Below, piece after piece: positions 11,701-22,223 of a stretch of DNA of 64,000 bases; position 1 is the first letter of the stretch; each line of letters opens with the position of its first letter. The position numbers and the translations under genes were made by a program. The stretch lies in the NCBI GenBank assembly GCA_004431415.1, contig QPMI01000182.1, positions 62,001 to 126,000 on the forward strand, in the 5' to 3' direction. Source of the DNA: Cyanophora paradoxa CCMP329 (Eukaryota > Plantae > Glaucophyta). The notes beneath the pieces were generated by a model. It saw only the letters and a list, made by a program, of their open reading frames with translations. It did not search any database and was not told the origin of the DNA.

Positions 11701-12977
11701 CGCGGCCTCCAGCTGCCGGGGTCCGGCTCAGGTGCGGGAACGGCGGGGCGGCGGCGGCGGCGGCGGGGCGGACACGGCGGCGGAGCTGTGCGGAGGCGGC
11801 GGCCTCGCGGGCGGCGCGCGCCCGCAGCGCCTCGTTCTCGTGCCGCAGCGACGCCACCCGCCCCGCAAGCTCCGCCGCCTGCCCACGCTAAGGGCGGCGC
11901 CAGGCGGGGGCGGAGGAGGGCGGAGGGGCGCCTGGGACTCGCTGCGGGCGATCCCCGAGGCCCAGCGCTGCGCGTCCGCCCCGTACGCCGCCAGCTGCCG
12001 AAGCGGAGGCGGCTCGGCGGCGGCGGCGGCGGGCGAGGGGCGAGGGCGCGCGCCTCAGCTTCCAGCGCCTCGAGGCGGGCGCGGAGGCCCGGCGGCGGCG
12101 GCCCCTCCGCCGCCGGGCCCTCCGTCTGCGTCGCGGCGGAAACCTGCGCGCGCTGAGGCGGGCGGGCGGGGCGCGCGCGGGGCGGCGACGATGGCGGGCC
12201 GCACGCGCGGGCGGGGCGGGCGCAGACGGCCGCGGGCGAGGCGGGCGGCGAGCGGGCGAATAGGACGCGCTGCAGCGCGTCGCTCGCGTCGAGCGCGCCA
12301 AGCCCGGACCCCAGCGCGTCCTCGGGGTCCCGAAGGCCCGGCGGCGGCTGCAGGATCGCCGCGGCGCGTACGCGTTGGCGCGGGCGGGCGCAGGCGCGCA
12401 GCGGGCGGGGCGGAATTCGAACCTGGAGTCCCAGGGACTCGGCCGCGCGGCGCAGCTCGAACGCGCCCCACGCCTTCGACCCCACCTCCGTCGTAATCTG
12501 CGGCTGAGGCCCAGGGGGCGTGAGGCCTACGCTTCAAATTCCGCGCGCGCGCTGGCCACGCACCGCCTCGCGCTTCGGCGACGGGATCGGCGTCTTCGGC
12601 GATGGCTTCGCTTCCTCTTGCTCGTCTGGAGCGCACTCCTCAGTGCGGCAGGCGGCGAGCGCGAGATGGGCGATCGATACCGCGCGCACCGAAGCACACG
12701 GGCGACGAGAGTCCCTCCTCGCGGGCAGCCGCAGAGCCGGCGCTCGGAGGATCCACCGTGACGAGCTTGGGCGAGCGCGAGGCGGTGCGCGGCGCGGCGG
12801 AGCTGTCCTGCATTTGCGCTTTCGGGTCCGGAGTCCAGCTGTCTGCGAGCGGCGTGAGCGGTTTCGCGAAGACGTATACACGACTCTCCGCGCACCCGTC
12901 GTCATCGCAGGGCTCCCGGCGCTCACGGGGCTGCGCGCGGCCATCTTTGGAAAAAAGGTTTGGGGGGTAGAAGCCAT
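8712..12977 (-). CDS. Multi-exon Ala/Glu/Arg-rich coiled-coil protein of unknown function (boundaries approximate)
   Basis: Exons such as MASTPQTFFPK, ITTEVGSKAWGAFELRRAAESLGLQ, LAEARLEAEGLRQRL, YEGALEDLSARREDAL and ARRSLYEL*, separated by GC-rich GT-AG introns. Confidence 0.6.
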
Positions 12978-13045
12978 CGTTTCGTCGCAGCAGTTCCGCA
13001 AGAGCCCAGCCGACCGCGCAGCCTCACACCAGCACCTCCGAAGCG

Positions 13046-14352
13046 ATGGAGGAGGAGGAGGGGCCCTCGCCCCTGCCGCTCGGCTCGCGAGGAATGCTCT
13101 CCTTCGTGTCCGAGAATGAGGCGCGTCGCAGCCGCGCCTCCGACGCGCGCGGAGAAGCGCCGCGACCTTCGCTGACGCCCCGCGGTCGCAGCTCCACAAG
13201 ATGGCGCAGCAGCGAGAAGCCCAGCCCGGCGTCCTCGGCGGCGCGCTGCGGGACCCCGCGTTCCAGGAAGGACGCTCCGGCAAGCCCCTGCACGAGCTTC
13301 TGAAGGTCCGCTGCGCTTAGCTAAGGCCCCCGGCCGCCCTCGCGCCGCTGTCTGTGCTGCCCCGCGTTGGAAGCCCGGTTTGACGCAAAGCGCGGCGAGC
13401 AGGAGGACCGGGAGAAGAAGCAGAAGGAGTTCGAAGACAACTACAACCCCGCGGTCGCCCCGCGGCGGCTCGACGAGGTCCGCCGCCCGCGCTCCGCCCT
13501 GCCCCGCCCCGCCCGGCCCCGCCTCGAGCCTGACCGGTCGCTCCCTCCCTGCCGACAGGACGACGTGCACTGGTTCGAGGTGCGCGGCGGTCGCCCCGCC
13601 CCGCCCCGCCCCTCTCCGCCCCGCCCCGCCCCGCCCGGCGCTGCCGAGGCCGACGCTGCGGGGCGGCCTGCAGGAGATGGAGGCGGAGAAGAACGCGGTG
13701 AAATCGGACATCCAGAAAAGCCACGGCGCCGCCCTCGAGGCCTTCCGCGTGCGCGCCCCCGCCCCGGCCCCCGCCCCGCCCGTCCGCCCGCCCGTCCGCG
13801 CGAGGAATAGCGTACCCCCCTCTTCCCAAGCCGCGCCCCGCTAACCTCTCCACGCTCTCCGCTGGCGTTGCGTAATAGCGTACCGAAGCCTTCCTCCTCT
13901 ACCCTACCCTTCTGCGTCCTCTGACACCCCCCCACGCCAAACGCATACCCCCCGCCCTCCGGCCCCTTCCGCTACCTCTCTGCCCCACCTCAGACCCTCG
14001 GGCCTGACGGGCTCCGGGACGGCAGCTCGCGCAGCAGGCGGCGGCGATCCGGACGCTAGCGGACCCGCCCGCGGGGGGCGCCGGGGCCCCCGCCAAGAAG
14101 GAGGCGGCGGCGCCCGAGCCGAAGAAGCCGCCGTCGCTCTCGGAGAAGCTGCTGGGCGAGACGGCGCCGGCGCCCGTCGTCCTCGTCAAGAAGGCCAAGA
14201 AGAAGCGGAAGGAGGGGGAGGGCGCCGACGGCGAGGCCGGGTCCGGGTCCAAGGGCGGCGGCGAGAAGGCGAAGAAGAAGAAGGAAGGGGCGGAGGCGGC
14301 GTCGGCGATATCGCTGCTCGCCGCGTACGGAAGCGACGACGACGACGCGTAA
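13046..14352 (+). CDS. FAM192A: NIP30/FAM192A (PSME3IP1)-like nuclear protein, multi-exon
   Basis: Spliced product FVSENE|LHKM...KPLHELLK|EDREKKQKEFEDNY..RRLDE|DDVHWFE...ALEAFR, Lys-rich tail ending SLLAAYGSDDDDA*. This is the family pattern FVSE..PL.E.L..KQ.EFE..LDEDE. Confidence 0.78.
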
Positions 14353-14658
14353 GGGGGGAAGAGCCGTGGGGGGGAGGGATGGTAGGCAGGGGGCGGCTCG
14401 CCTCGAGTGTGGGCGCCGCCGCGAACGTTTCTATTTCAAATGCAGGCGCTTCAAACCTCGAGCTCGTGCGGGGGCGAGCTCGCGGGGGTACACTCCGATC
14501 AGCGACCTGATCAGGGCCCGTCCCCTCCCCTCGCGATCGAGCTCGATCCCTGGCAAGTTGAGATCATATTGACAGCAACCCGGCGGCTCGCTAGCGCTGT
14601 CTTAGCAAGAACCTTCTTAACTATTTATAATAATTACATCGCGCCGCTGCATGCGGGG

Positions 14659-16223
14659 CTAGTACTTGTTGACGGAGAGGCGGGTGCTGGAGGCGTGGAG
14701 GAACCAGTCGGCCCACGTCTCCGGGCCCCGCGCGGGGCTGACGCGCGCCGCCCGCGGGTCGGCGTTGATGCGGCACAGGGCGGAGAGGCGGCGGCAGCGC
14801 GGGCCGCGCAGGACGACGCGGTGCGGGGCGGAGGGGAGGCGGTCCCCGGAGTGCGCCCGCAGCTGCTCACCCGCGAAGAGCACCGCCGAGCCGGGGCCGG
14901 GGGCGGGGCCGGCGCCGCCCTCGACCTGGCGCCAGGCGCCGGCGACGGGGTCGAAGAGCTCGAGGCCTGGGCAGCCGCGGGCCGGCAGGACGAGCGTCAG
15001 CAGCCCCAGGTCCGCGTGCACGTCGCACGGCAGCCGCGCCGCGTGCGCCTCTGCCGCGGCGGCCGCCGCACGGCAGCCGCAGGGGCCGCCGGCGTCCCCC
15101 GCCCCCTCCTCGAGAGCGGCGTAGGCGTACCCCTCCAGGACGGAGCTGGCGAAGGCGAACGAGGCCGCCTCGACGGGCGTCAGTGGCGCCGTACCCCGCA
15201 CGGCCTCGAGCCCCGGTACCCCGGGGAGGCGCTCGAGGAGGGCCCCGAGGGCCGCCCAGCAGCACGCCTCCAGCGCCCCCGCCGCCCGCTCCGCCGCCTC
15301 CCGGAACCCCGCAGGCTCGGCCGGCCACTCGCACCCCCCGATCCCCGCACGGATCTGCCCCGCCCCGCCCCGCCCCGGCCGAAATCAGCGCACGCTGCGC
15401 GCGGGTTCGAATCCGGGTGGGCACCTTGCAGAACTCCTTCCGAAGGTGGGGTACGCTGAAGAAGCCGAAGTGGCGCGGCGTGGCGGGCGAGCTGCGCGAG
15501 TCATATGAGCCGCCGATCCGATCCCGGGGGCCGGGGAAAGGGGGGGGGGTTGGGGGGGGGGGGGGAGGGAGGGAGGGGGTACCGGAGGGAGGCCTTGTTC
15601 GCGGCGTCGGTCTCGAAGAAATCGCCGCAGGCGTCCTGGAACGCCGCGCCCGCCCGCCACGCCTCCTCGGGCAGCCGGACGACGGCGTACCCCCGCGAGC
15701 TGAGCGCCGCGAAGAGGCGGTCCCCGTCGTCGAGGGGTACGGGGTCGGCCGGGGCGCAGGGGGCGGCGGAGAGGTCGCGGCGGGCGCCCTGCTCGTCCGC
15801 CGCCGCCTCCGCGAGCCGGCGGCGGCGCCCCGCGGCGGCGGCGGCGGATCCGGAGGCATGGGCGTGGGCGGGGCACTCCGCCGGCCGCGCGCAGGCGACG
15901 ATGCGCTCGTCCCGCCGGAGGTAAACGACGTCCGCCGCCTCCAGGAGCGCGAGCTCCTCCCCGCACCGCCCCGCGAAGAAGCGCGCCCCCGAGTGGCCCA
16001 CGCTCGCCGCGAGGCCGGGCTCGCAGAAGGCGGCGGCGGCCTTCAGGGCGAGCTCCTGCAGCGTCGGCGCCTCGAGCACCAGCGCGCGGGCGAGCCCCGA
16101 CGCCGGCTGCTCCTGCGGCGGCCTGCCGGCGCTGCAGAGCTCGAGCGAGGCGACGACGCGCTGCACGGAGCTGCCGTCGAGGAACATCGCCCCCGCGGGC
16201 TGCGTGCGCGCGCGATGAGTCAT
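14659..16223 (-). CDS. 2-oxoglutarate/Fe(II)-dependent dioxygenase (IPNS-like), spliced
   Basis: HxD (VHADLGLLTLV), distal H (PHRVV), RxS (RRLS), N-terminal GYAVVRL. Confidence 0.85.
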
Positions 16224-16649
16224 TCAAAGGCATTCGGCCGCGGGGAGCACGCGCTGGTCGACGCGCTCAGGCCTGGCCATGGGTGTGCGCGGGCAACACA
16301 CGTACCGGCCGAACAGACCCGCGTCGGCGCCGCCGCCGATGCTGAATGAACTCAGCGAAGAGATATCGATCTGAATGAACCGCGGCCGCGTGCTGAATGG
16401 GCGCAGCTCGAGCTCGTGCTGCGTCGCGCTGGCGCTGCCAATCACGCGGGCTTGTCGGATGCGCGCGCGGGCGTCAAGAATGGCGGGCAGCGCTAGCTAA
16501 TCGCAGGATATCGATGACCTCGCTCGACCTCGCTTGGAAAAGCGCAGCATACCCCCCGCGGACCGTCATCTCCGGGTCAAGCCGCAGCGATATCGATCGA
16601 GTATAGAAAGGTCCTTGGAAAGTGCAGCGCGGCCACCGGCGCGGATGAC

Positions 16650-19367
16650 ATGAAGCGGAAGCGAGATGGAGACGCCGATTCTCTGGATTGCGCGGTTTGC
16701 CTGGAGCAGCTGCGGCAGCCCTCCACGCTCTCCTGCAACCACACCTTCTGCCGCGAGTGCATCCTGGCGCTCCCCGGCGTGCGCGAGGCGGTCGGACGAG
16801 GCGAGGAAGCGCCAACGGCGTGTCCACTCTGCCGGCGCCAAGTTCGTGTGCCGCGCGAGGTGCCCGTGAACCCCGTCATTCGAGACATGCTGGAGCAGCT
16901 CGCCCGTGCGCATTCCGCTTCTTGTTCGCCTCTTTTGCGCGCCGTTCTTTCGTGAGCCGAACCGAACCCGCTCTCCCACGGCCGGCCCGGGCGCGGCGCC
17001 GGCTCTGAAGCGCTAGCTTTCATGAACTTCTGATCCAAACCCGCTCTCCCGCAAGGTTAACTGCAAGCGCAGAGGCTGGGCGAAGCAGCGGCGCCCCTGA
17101 AGTCCCCGCTTCTGAGGTCGTCCGCGGCGCCGGTGCGCATGCGCATGCGCAGCTTAGTACACGTGCACGTGTACAAATGCATGTCCCTACCTTGCAGCAA
17201 TCGGTCACGGAGCGATGGGGATGGTCTTCGCGGGGACGTGGGGCGGGCGGCCGGTCGCGCTGAAGGTCGTCGACGCGGCGGCGCTCGGCGCGGTGGGCGA
17301 GCGCGAGGCGGCCGCGCGGCGGCTACGGCGCGAGGCGGCGATCCTGAGGTGCGGCGGGCGGGTCCGAGTTCGATCTCGCAGCCCCTGACTGGTCGGGCAG
17401 CACGGTGCGGCACCCTGGCGTGGTGCAGTTCTACGGAGTGGTGAACGAGGCGGGCGGCGGGGCGACGCTGGTGATGGAGCGGGCGGAGACGAGCCTGCGG
17501 GCGCTGCTCGCGGAGCGGCGCCTGAGCCTCGCCGAGTGCCTCGACCTCGGTGCGCCCCCGGCCCTCCGCCCCGCGCGCGGTCCGCCTCGGCCGGCGGCGA
17601 GGGCGGCGGGGCGCAGGGGCGCAGGTGCTGGGGGCGCTGGCGCACCTGCACGCGCGCAACATCGTCCACCGCGACGTCAAGCCCGGCAACATCCTCGTGC
17701 GCCCCGCCGGGCCGGGCCGGGGGCCGCCCGAGGGTGAGCCGCAGCTGACGAGGGGCCGGGGCAGGTGTTCCGCGGGGAGGGCGGGCGGCTGCAGTACAAG
17801 CTGACGGACTTCGGCATTGCATTCGCGGGGGCATCATCGACGGCGACGGCTGCGGTGGGAACGTTTGCGTACGCCGCGCCGGAGGCGCTGCGGGGCGAGG
17901 GCCGGTGCGCAGCGGCCCCATGCCCCAGCGGGCGCGCGGGCGCGCTGACGGGAAGCTGACGAAGCTGACGGGGCGGGCGCGCGGGGCAGGGCGGACTTTG
18001 CGGGGGACGTGTACGGAGCGGCGGTGTTGCTGAACGAGGCGCTCGCGGGGCGCCTGCCCTTCCCCGGCGTCCACCTCTTCCAGGCCCCCGCCCCGCCCGC
18101 TGCCCCGCCCCGCCCCGCCGCGTCTCACGGGCGGGCGGCAGGTAATGCAGCGTGTGACGGCGGGCCAGCGGCCGGAGTCCGCGACGGAGGGTGCGCCCGT
18201 GTGGGCCCGTCCGTGTGTTGCAACAGCTCACGTCTGTCGCAGGGGTGCCGGCGGCGGTGCGGGCGCTGGTGCAGCGGATGTGGGCGGGGGAGGCGGCGGC
18301 GCGGCCCTCGGCGGCAGAGGCGCGCCGCGCGCTGGAAATGGCGACGTCCGGCTCTCCTGCCCCATCCGCACCGTGTCCGAACGAGGTTCTCCCTCATCCT
18401 CTCATGATCAGATTTCATGCGTACCTTCAGCCTGTTAACTTGGACTCTCGGTTTCCCACTGCGCGCGGCAGTTGCGCGAGTTCTCATTGCGCCTGTGGAT
18501 CGGCTTTGAAGACAGCAGCACTGTCTTTCTGTATCGCAAGCGCGTCGACTGCGGCCGCGATTGTTCAGTTCCCAACGCATGGGAGACGTTCGATAAGGTG
18601 CTCCGTAATGTCCGTGGTCTGGAGTTCGTTGGGGCACGCGACTCGAGCGACCGCTACCACCGCGCCTTCTACGTGCGGCAGCTCCAGCAGCGGCGGGGGG
18701 TCGTCCGCTTCCGCGCCCGCACGTCCGACCACGGCGAGTGGATCGACCTCACCCTTCCCGACCCCGTCGTCCGCTTGCGGTGCGCGTATCCGTCGAACGC
18801 TTTAATTTCGTGATCGATAGCATGATCACGATCGCGGCGCAGGGAGGGCGGGACGCTAGTTCTGGAGGGGACGCTTGAACGCGAGGAGAAGCTCCCCCGC
18901 GACGCGACGATGCAAATTTATGCCAAGACAGTAACCGGTACGCTGCGTGCTGCCAAACATTAAACCTAGGCGCTCGCCCTCCGAGAGCTCGAGCGCCCCG
19001 AACAGGTAAAACGATAAACCTCTCTGCTGAGCGTTCCGACACAGTGGAGGATTTGAAATGGAAAATTCAAGACAAGGAAGGAATCCCGCCCGGTGAGTCC
19101 GCGCTCACGGTGTAAAGCCTCGTTCGCGCAGTGGCTGAATTTATACTTGTTGGTCTTTTATTCAGACCAGTGTAGGCTGATGGTTGACTGGAAGCTATTG
19201 GAGGACGGCCAAACACTCGAAGAATGCTGTGTTTACAACGGCGACACGCTCGCTTTTATTCTAAAACTTAAAGGGAATTGGTGCGTGATTTTGACACATT
19301 TCGGAAATTGAGCACCACATCGACACGCAGTGCTTCAGAATGTTTTCGAACGGCAAAGGAATCATGA
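16650..19367 (+). CDS. C3HC4 RING finger + Ser/Thr (TKL-like) kinase + C-terminal ubiquitin-like domain, multi-exon
   Basis: [17 protein letters not shown]; [27 protein letters not shown]; MQIYAKTVT|[24 protein letters not shown]|[26 protein letters not shown] from 18910. Confidence 0.8.
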
Positions 19368-19877
19368 CGTTGACATTGACGCAACGATGGTTCATCGTCA
19401 TTTGAATTGCGAGAAGGTGTTTAAATTGAATTTCGAATTCGATTTCCGAATTTCCTTAGGGGTTCGAATTCGATTTCCACCAGATGTTCGAGAGACAACG
19501 TTAACGATGCATGAGATGGAACTACCGCCTACAGGGGTTTTGCCGTACGTATCTTGTACGTACTCCGTAGTGTCTTAGAAGCTTAGTGTAATCGTATTCT
19601 TATTAATTATAATTTCGCTGTGAATTCGCTGATCCCCCCTCTTTTCGACGGGCTAGCGCTGTGATGCTGCGATTACCGTGTACATAAATCGACCGCACGT
19701 GCACGTGATCATGCCTGCGCATGACTGCGCATGCAGGTCTGGCTGCGCGATCGCGAGCGCACTGGAATTTGACGCTAGCGCTATAGCTATCATAGTGTAC
19801 GTACAGCTATTGGCCGATGGCCGATGCGAAGGAAGCTATTGGAAAAGAGACGAATTACAGAAGCAGATTCGAATTTG

Positions 19878-20650
19878 CTAGCACGAAACGAGGTCGCCGT
19901 CCCTGAGGGCCCAGACGTCGCGGTCCGAGTCGAGGGCGGCCCCGCACGGGCCCCGCAGCCGCAGCCCCGCCGCCGGCGCGCCCACCCGCCCCGCCGCCGC
20001 CTCCCGCAGCGCCCGCAGCGGCTCCGCCCCGCGCTCCACCCGCAGCGTCCACGCAGTCGTACCCCCGTCGCCACCGGCGTCCAGGCGGAGGGTGATGGGC
20101 GAGGGGGGGAAGGAGAAGGGCCGCTCCAGGCCCTCGGGGGGTACCACGAGCCCGGGAGCGGCGGCGGGGTCGACGCGGAGGCGGTAGGGCGGCCGACGGC
20201 GAAGGGCGCGAGGGGCGCGCAGCGAACGGCGACGGCGGCGCCCAGGAGGTGCTCGGCGGGGGCGGCGCTGCAGAGCGCCGGCACCGGCCGACCCTCCCCG
20301 TCCACCACCTGCATTACAAGATTAATCAGATGAAATTAAGGCGGGGCGGGCGGGGCCGTCGCACGGTGACGAGGCGGTCGGGGTCGACGCGGGGGGCCGC
20401 GGGGGCGCCGACGGCGAGGAGGAGGGCGCCGTAGGCCCCGATGGGCGAGGCCGGCAGGCCTAGGGCCACGCCTTCTAGCCGCGGCCGCCCGTCCCGCGCG
20501 AACCTGCCCGCCGGCGCCCCCGTCAAGGAGGCGCGGCGGGGGCGAGGACGGGAGGGCGAGGGGGGGGGGGGGGGGGGGGGGGGGGGGAAGGGGGTGCGGG
20601 ACGCACCGGGCGGGGATGGAGCGGGGGGCGGGGCCGGCGGCCCCGCGCAT
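19878..20650 (-). CDS. Small spliced protein with a C-terminal KHA-like/beta-grasp domain
   Basis: Last exon LRALREAAAGRVG..LRLRGPCGAALDSDRDVWALRDGDLVSC* resembles the GAEIDD...IRDGD motif. Upstream exons join at GT-AG sites. Confidence 0.5.
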
Positions 20651-20833
20651 ATAAGACGAAACGGTTTCTAAGACGAAATCTCAGAGTCTGAGTACCATGC
20701 GCATGCCATGATGCAATGCCAAATTGCCAATTATGCAATGCATCATGATCATGATGAATGTGTTCGACGTTCATATGCATGCACGATCATCGGATCATCA
20801 CGAATCACGACGTTCATGATCATGATGCATGTG

Positions 20834-21116
20834 TGTCGCGTGCGAGATTAGTGTGTCTAATCGTGCGCGCGGGAAGCCCGTGCGGAGTGCAAGCTCGGCA
20901 GGGCGGGGTTTGGCGAGTGCTGCTGCTGTTAGCCACCGGGATGGTAGACTGAGGGTGTACCCGTCCAGCTACGGCGTACCCCGACACACGCATACAAGTG
21001 ACCGCGGCGCTCTAACTAGCCTAGGCGCCGTCGATCTAGCAGCACGAAGGCTGCGCACATCATCTAGAACCCTAGCGGCTCACAAACGAGCATCCGCTAT
21101 AATGTCGGATGCGACA
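20834..21116 (-). repeat. 3' LTR of element 2
   Basis: Direct repeat of 37429-37711; terminal TGTCGC...GCGACA. Confidence 0.97.
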
Positions 21117-21128
21117 ACTCCTCCTCTC
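21117..21128 (-). other. Polypurine tract (GAGAGGAGGAGT)
   Basis: Abuts the 3' LTR; same GAGGAGT|TGTCG junction as elements 1 and 3. Confidence 0.9.
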
Positions 21129-21247
21129 GGATCCCGCGTCCGCGCGGGTCTACGCCCTAAGGCGAACAGAAAGAGGGCCGGGGAAGCCGGGAATTTGATC
21201 GAGCCTAAGCTCTCTATACAACGCGACCCCGGCCGCTATATACAAAT

Positions 21248-21385
21248 GCTCGGAGCTACCGGCTACTGCCGGGAATCGAAAAAGGCTCCGAGCCACTCAC
21301 GCTCGGCGTCACCGGCTACTGCCGGGAATCGAAAAGACGCCGAGCCCATCCATGTCCGGCAACTGCCGGGAATCGAAAAGACTGT
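21248..21385 (-). repeat. Three tandem ~50-nt structured repeats in the 3' UTR of element 2
   Basis: Core CCGGC(T/A)ACTGCCGGGAATCGAAAA (+ strand) at about 21259, 21312 and 21356, each enclosed by a stem. Confidence 0.85.
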
Positions 21386-22223
21386 CGCCCGGCAGGTGCC
21401 GGCACGACTCCAGCGTGGAGCGCCCAGGGGGCAAGGTCCAACTTCGGGCCGGCGGCCCAGGAAACTCGCACGAGGCGAGCGGATCGGAAGGGAGGAAGCC
21501 GAGGAGGCCCTGTCCTCGCCGCGCAGCAAGTTAACCGCAGAGGCGCACGCTGCAACAGCAATTGCAACGCGGGGCGTGACGCTCGCGGTAGCGCCCAGTA
21601 GCCCCAGCGCAATGCCCGTCCCAAAACGTAGGGCTAAGCAGCTCGTCTAGCGCCACTGCTCAGGCATGCGCCGCGCTCTCGCGGTCCGCCACGGCGTCGG
21701 ATTAGGGGCTGAGAAGCCCACAACGGCGGTGGAGCTAGTAACTCCAGGGCAAGGCTAGACGCCGCCCACAAGGTGCCCTCGTCGCCATCGTACGGCGGGA
21801 GGTACCCTGCCCGACCCGTGCTCGCGCGTCATTAAGGGACGCGGCCCTCCAGGCGGTCCACCACCGAGCGTCCCCGGTGTGGAGCCCTGTATGGGGAATT
21901 GTGCATCCCCAGTCATCGTACCCGGGGCGGGACCCGGCGTCACGACCGCCTGTGTGTACCCCCGTTGGTGCTCGGCGCACCCCGGTACCCCACCAGGTCT
22001 TGCATCTCAAGGAGGGGGAATGCTCATCCCCTGTCACTGGGCCCGGGGCAGAATCCGGCGCCTCAGCCGCCTTCCGACTCCTCTGCCGGCGCAAGTCGCG
22101 CCCGGAGCTCGGCCAGGTCTTCGTAGGGCCCTCCGCCCGTCACTGAGCCGAGCATAGCTCGAGGCAGTCAGCCGCCCGTTGGCTCTCCTTCCTAGCCCGG
22201 GACTTTAGTGATTGTGGCGGGCG

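Noticed and set aside
8000-16400. Dozens of overlapping Arg/Pro/Gly/Ala-rich ORFs
   Set aside because: Expected from very high GC and stop scarcity; the real genes here are spliced.
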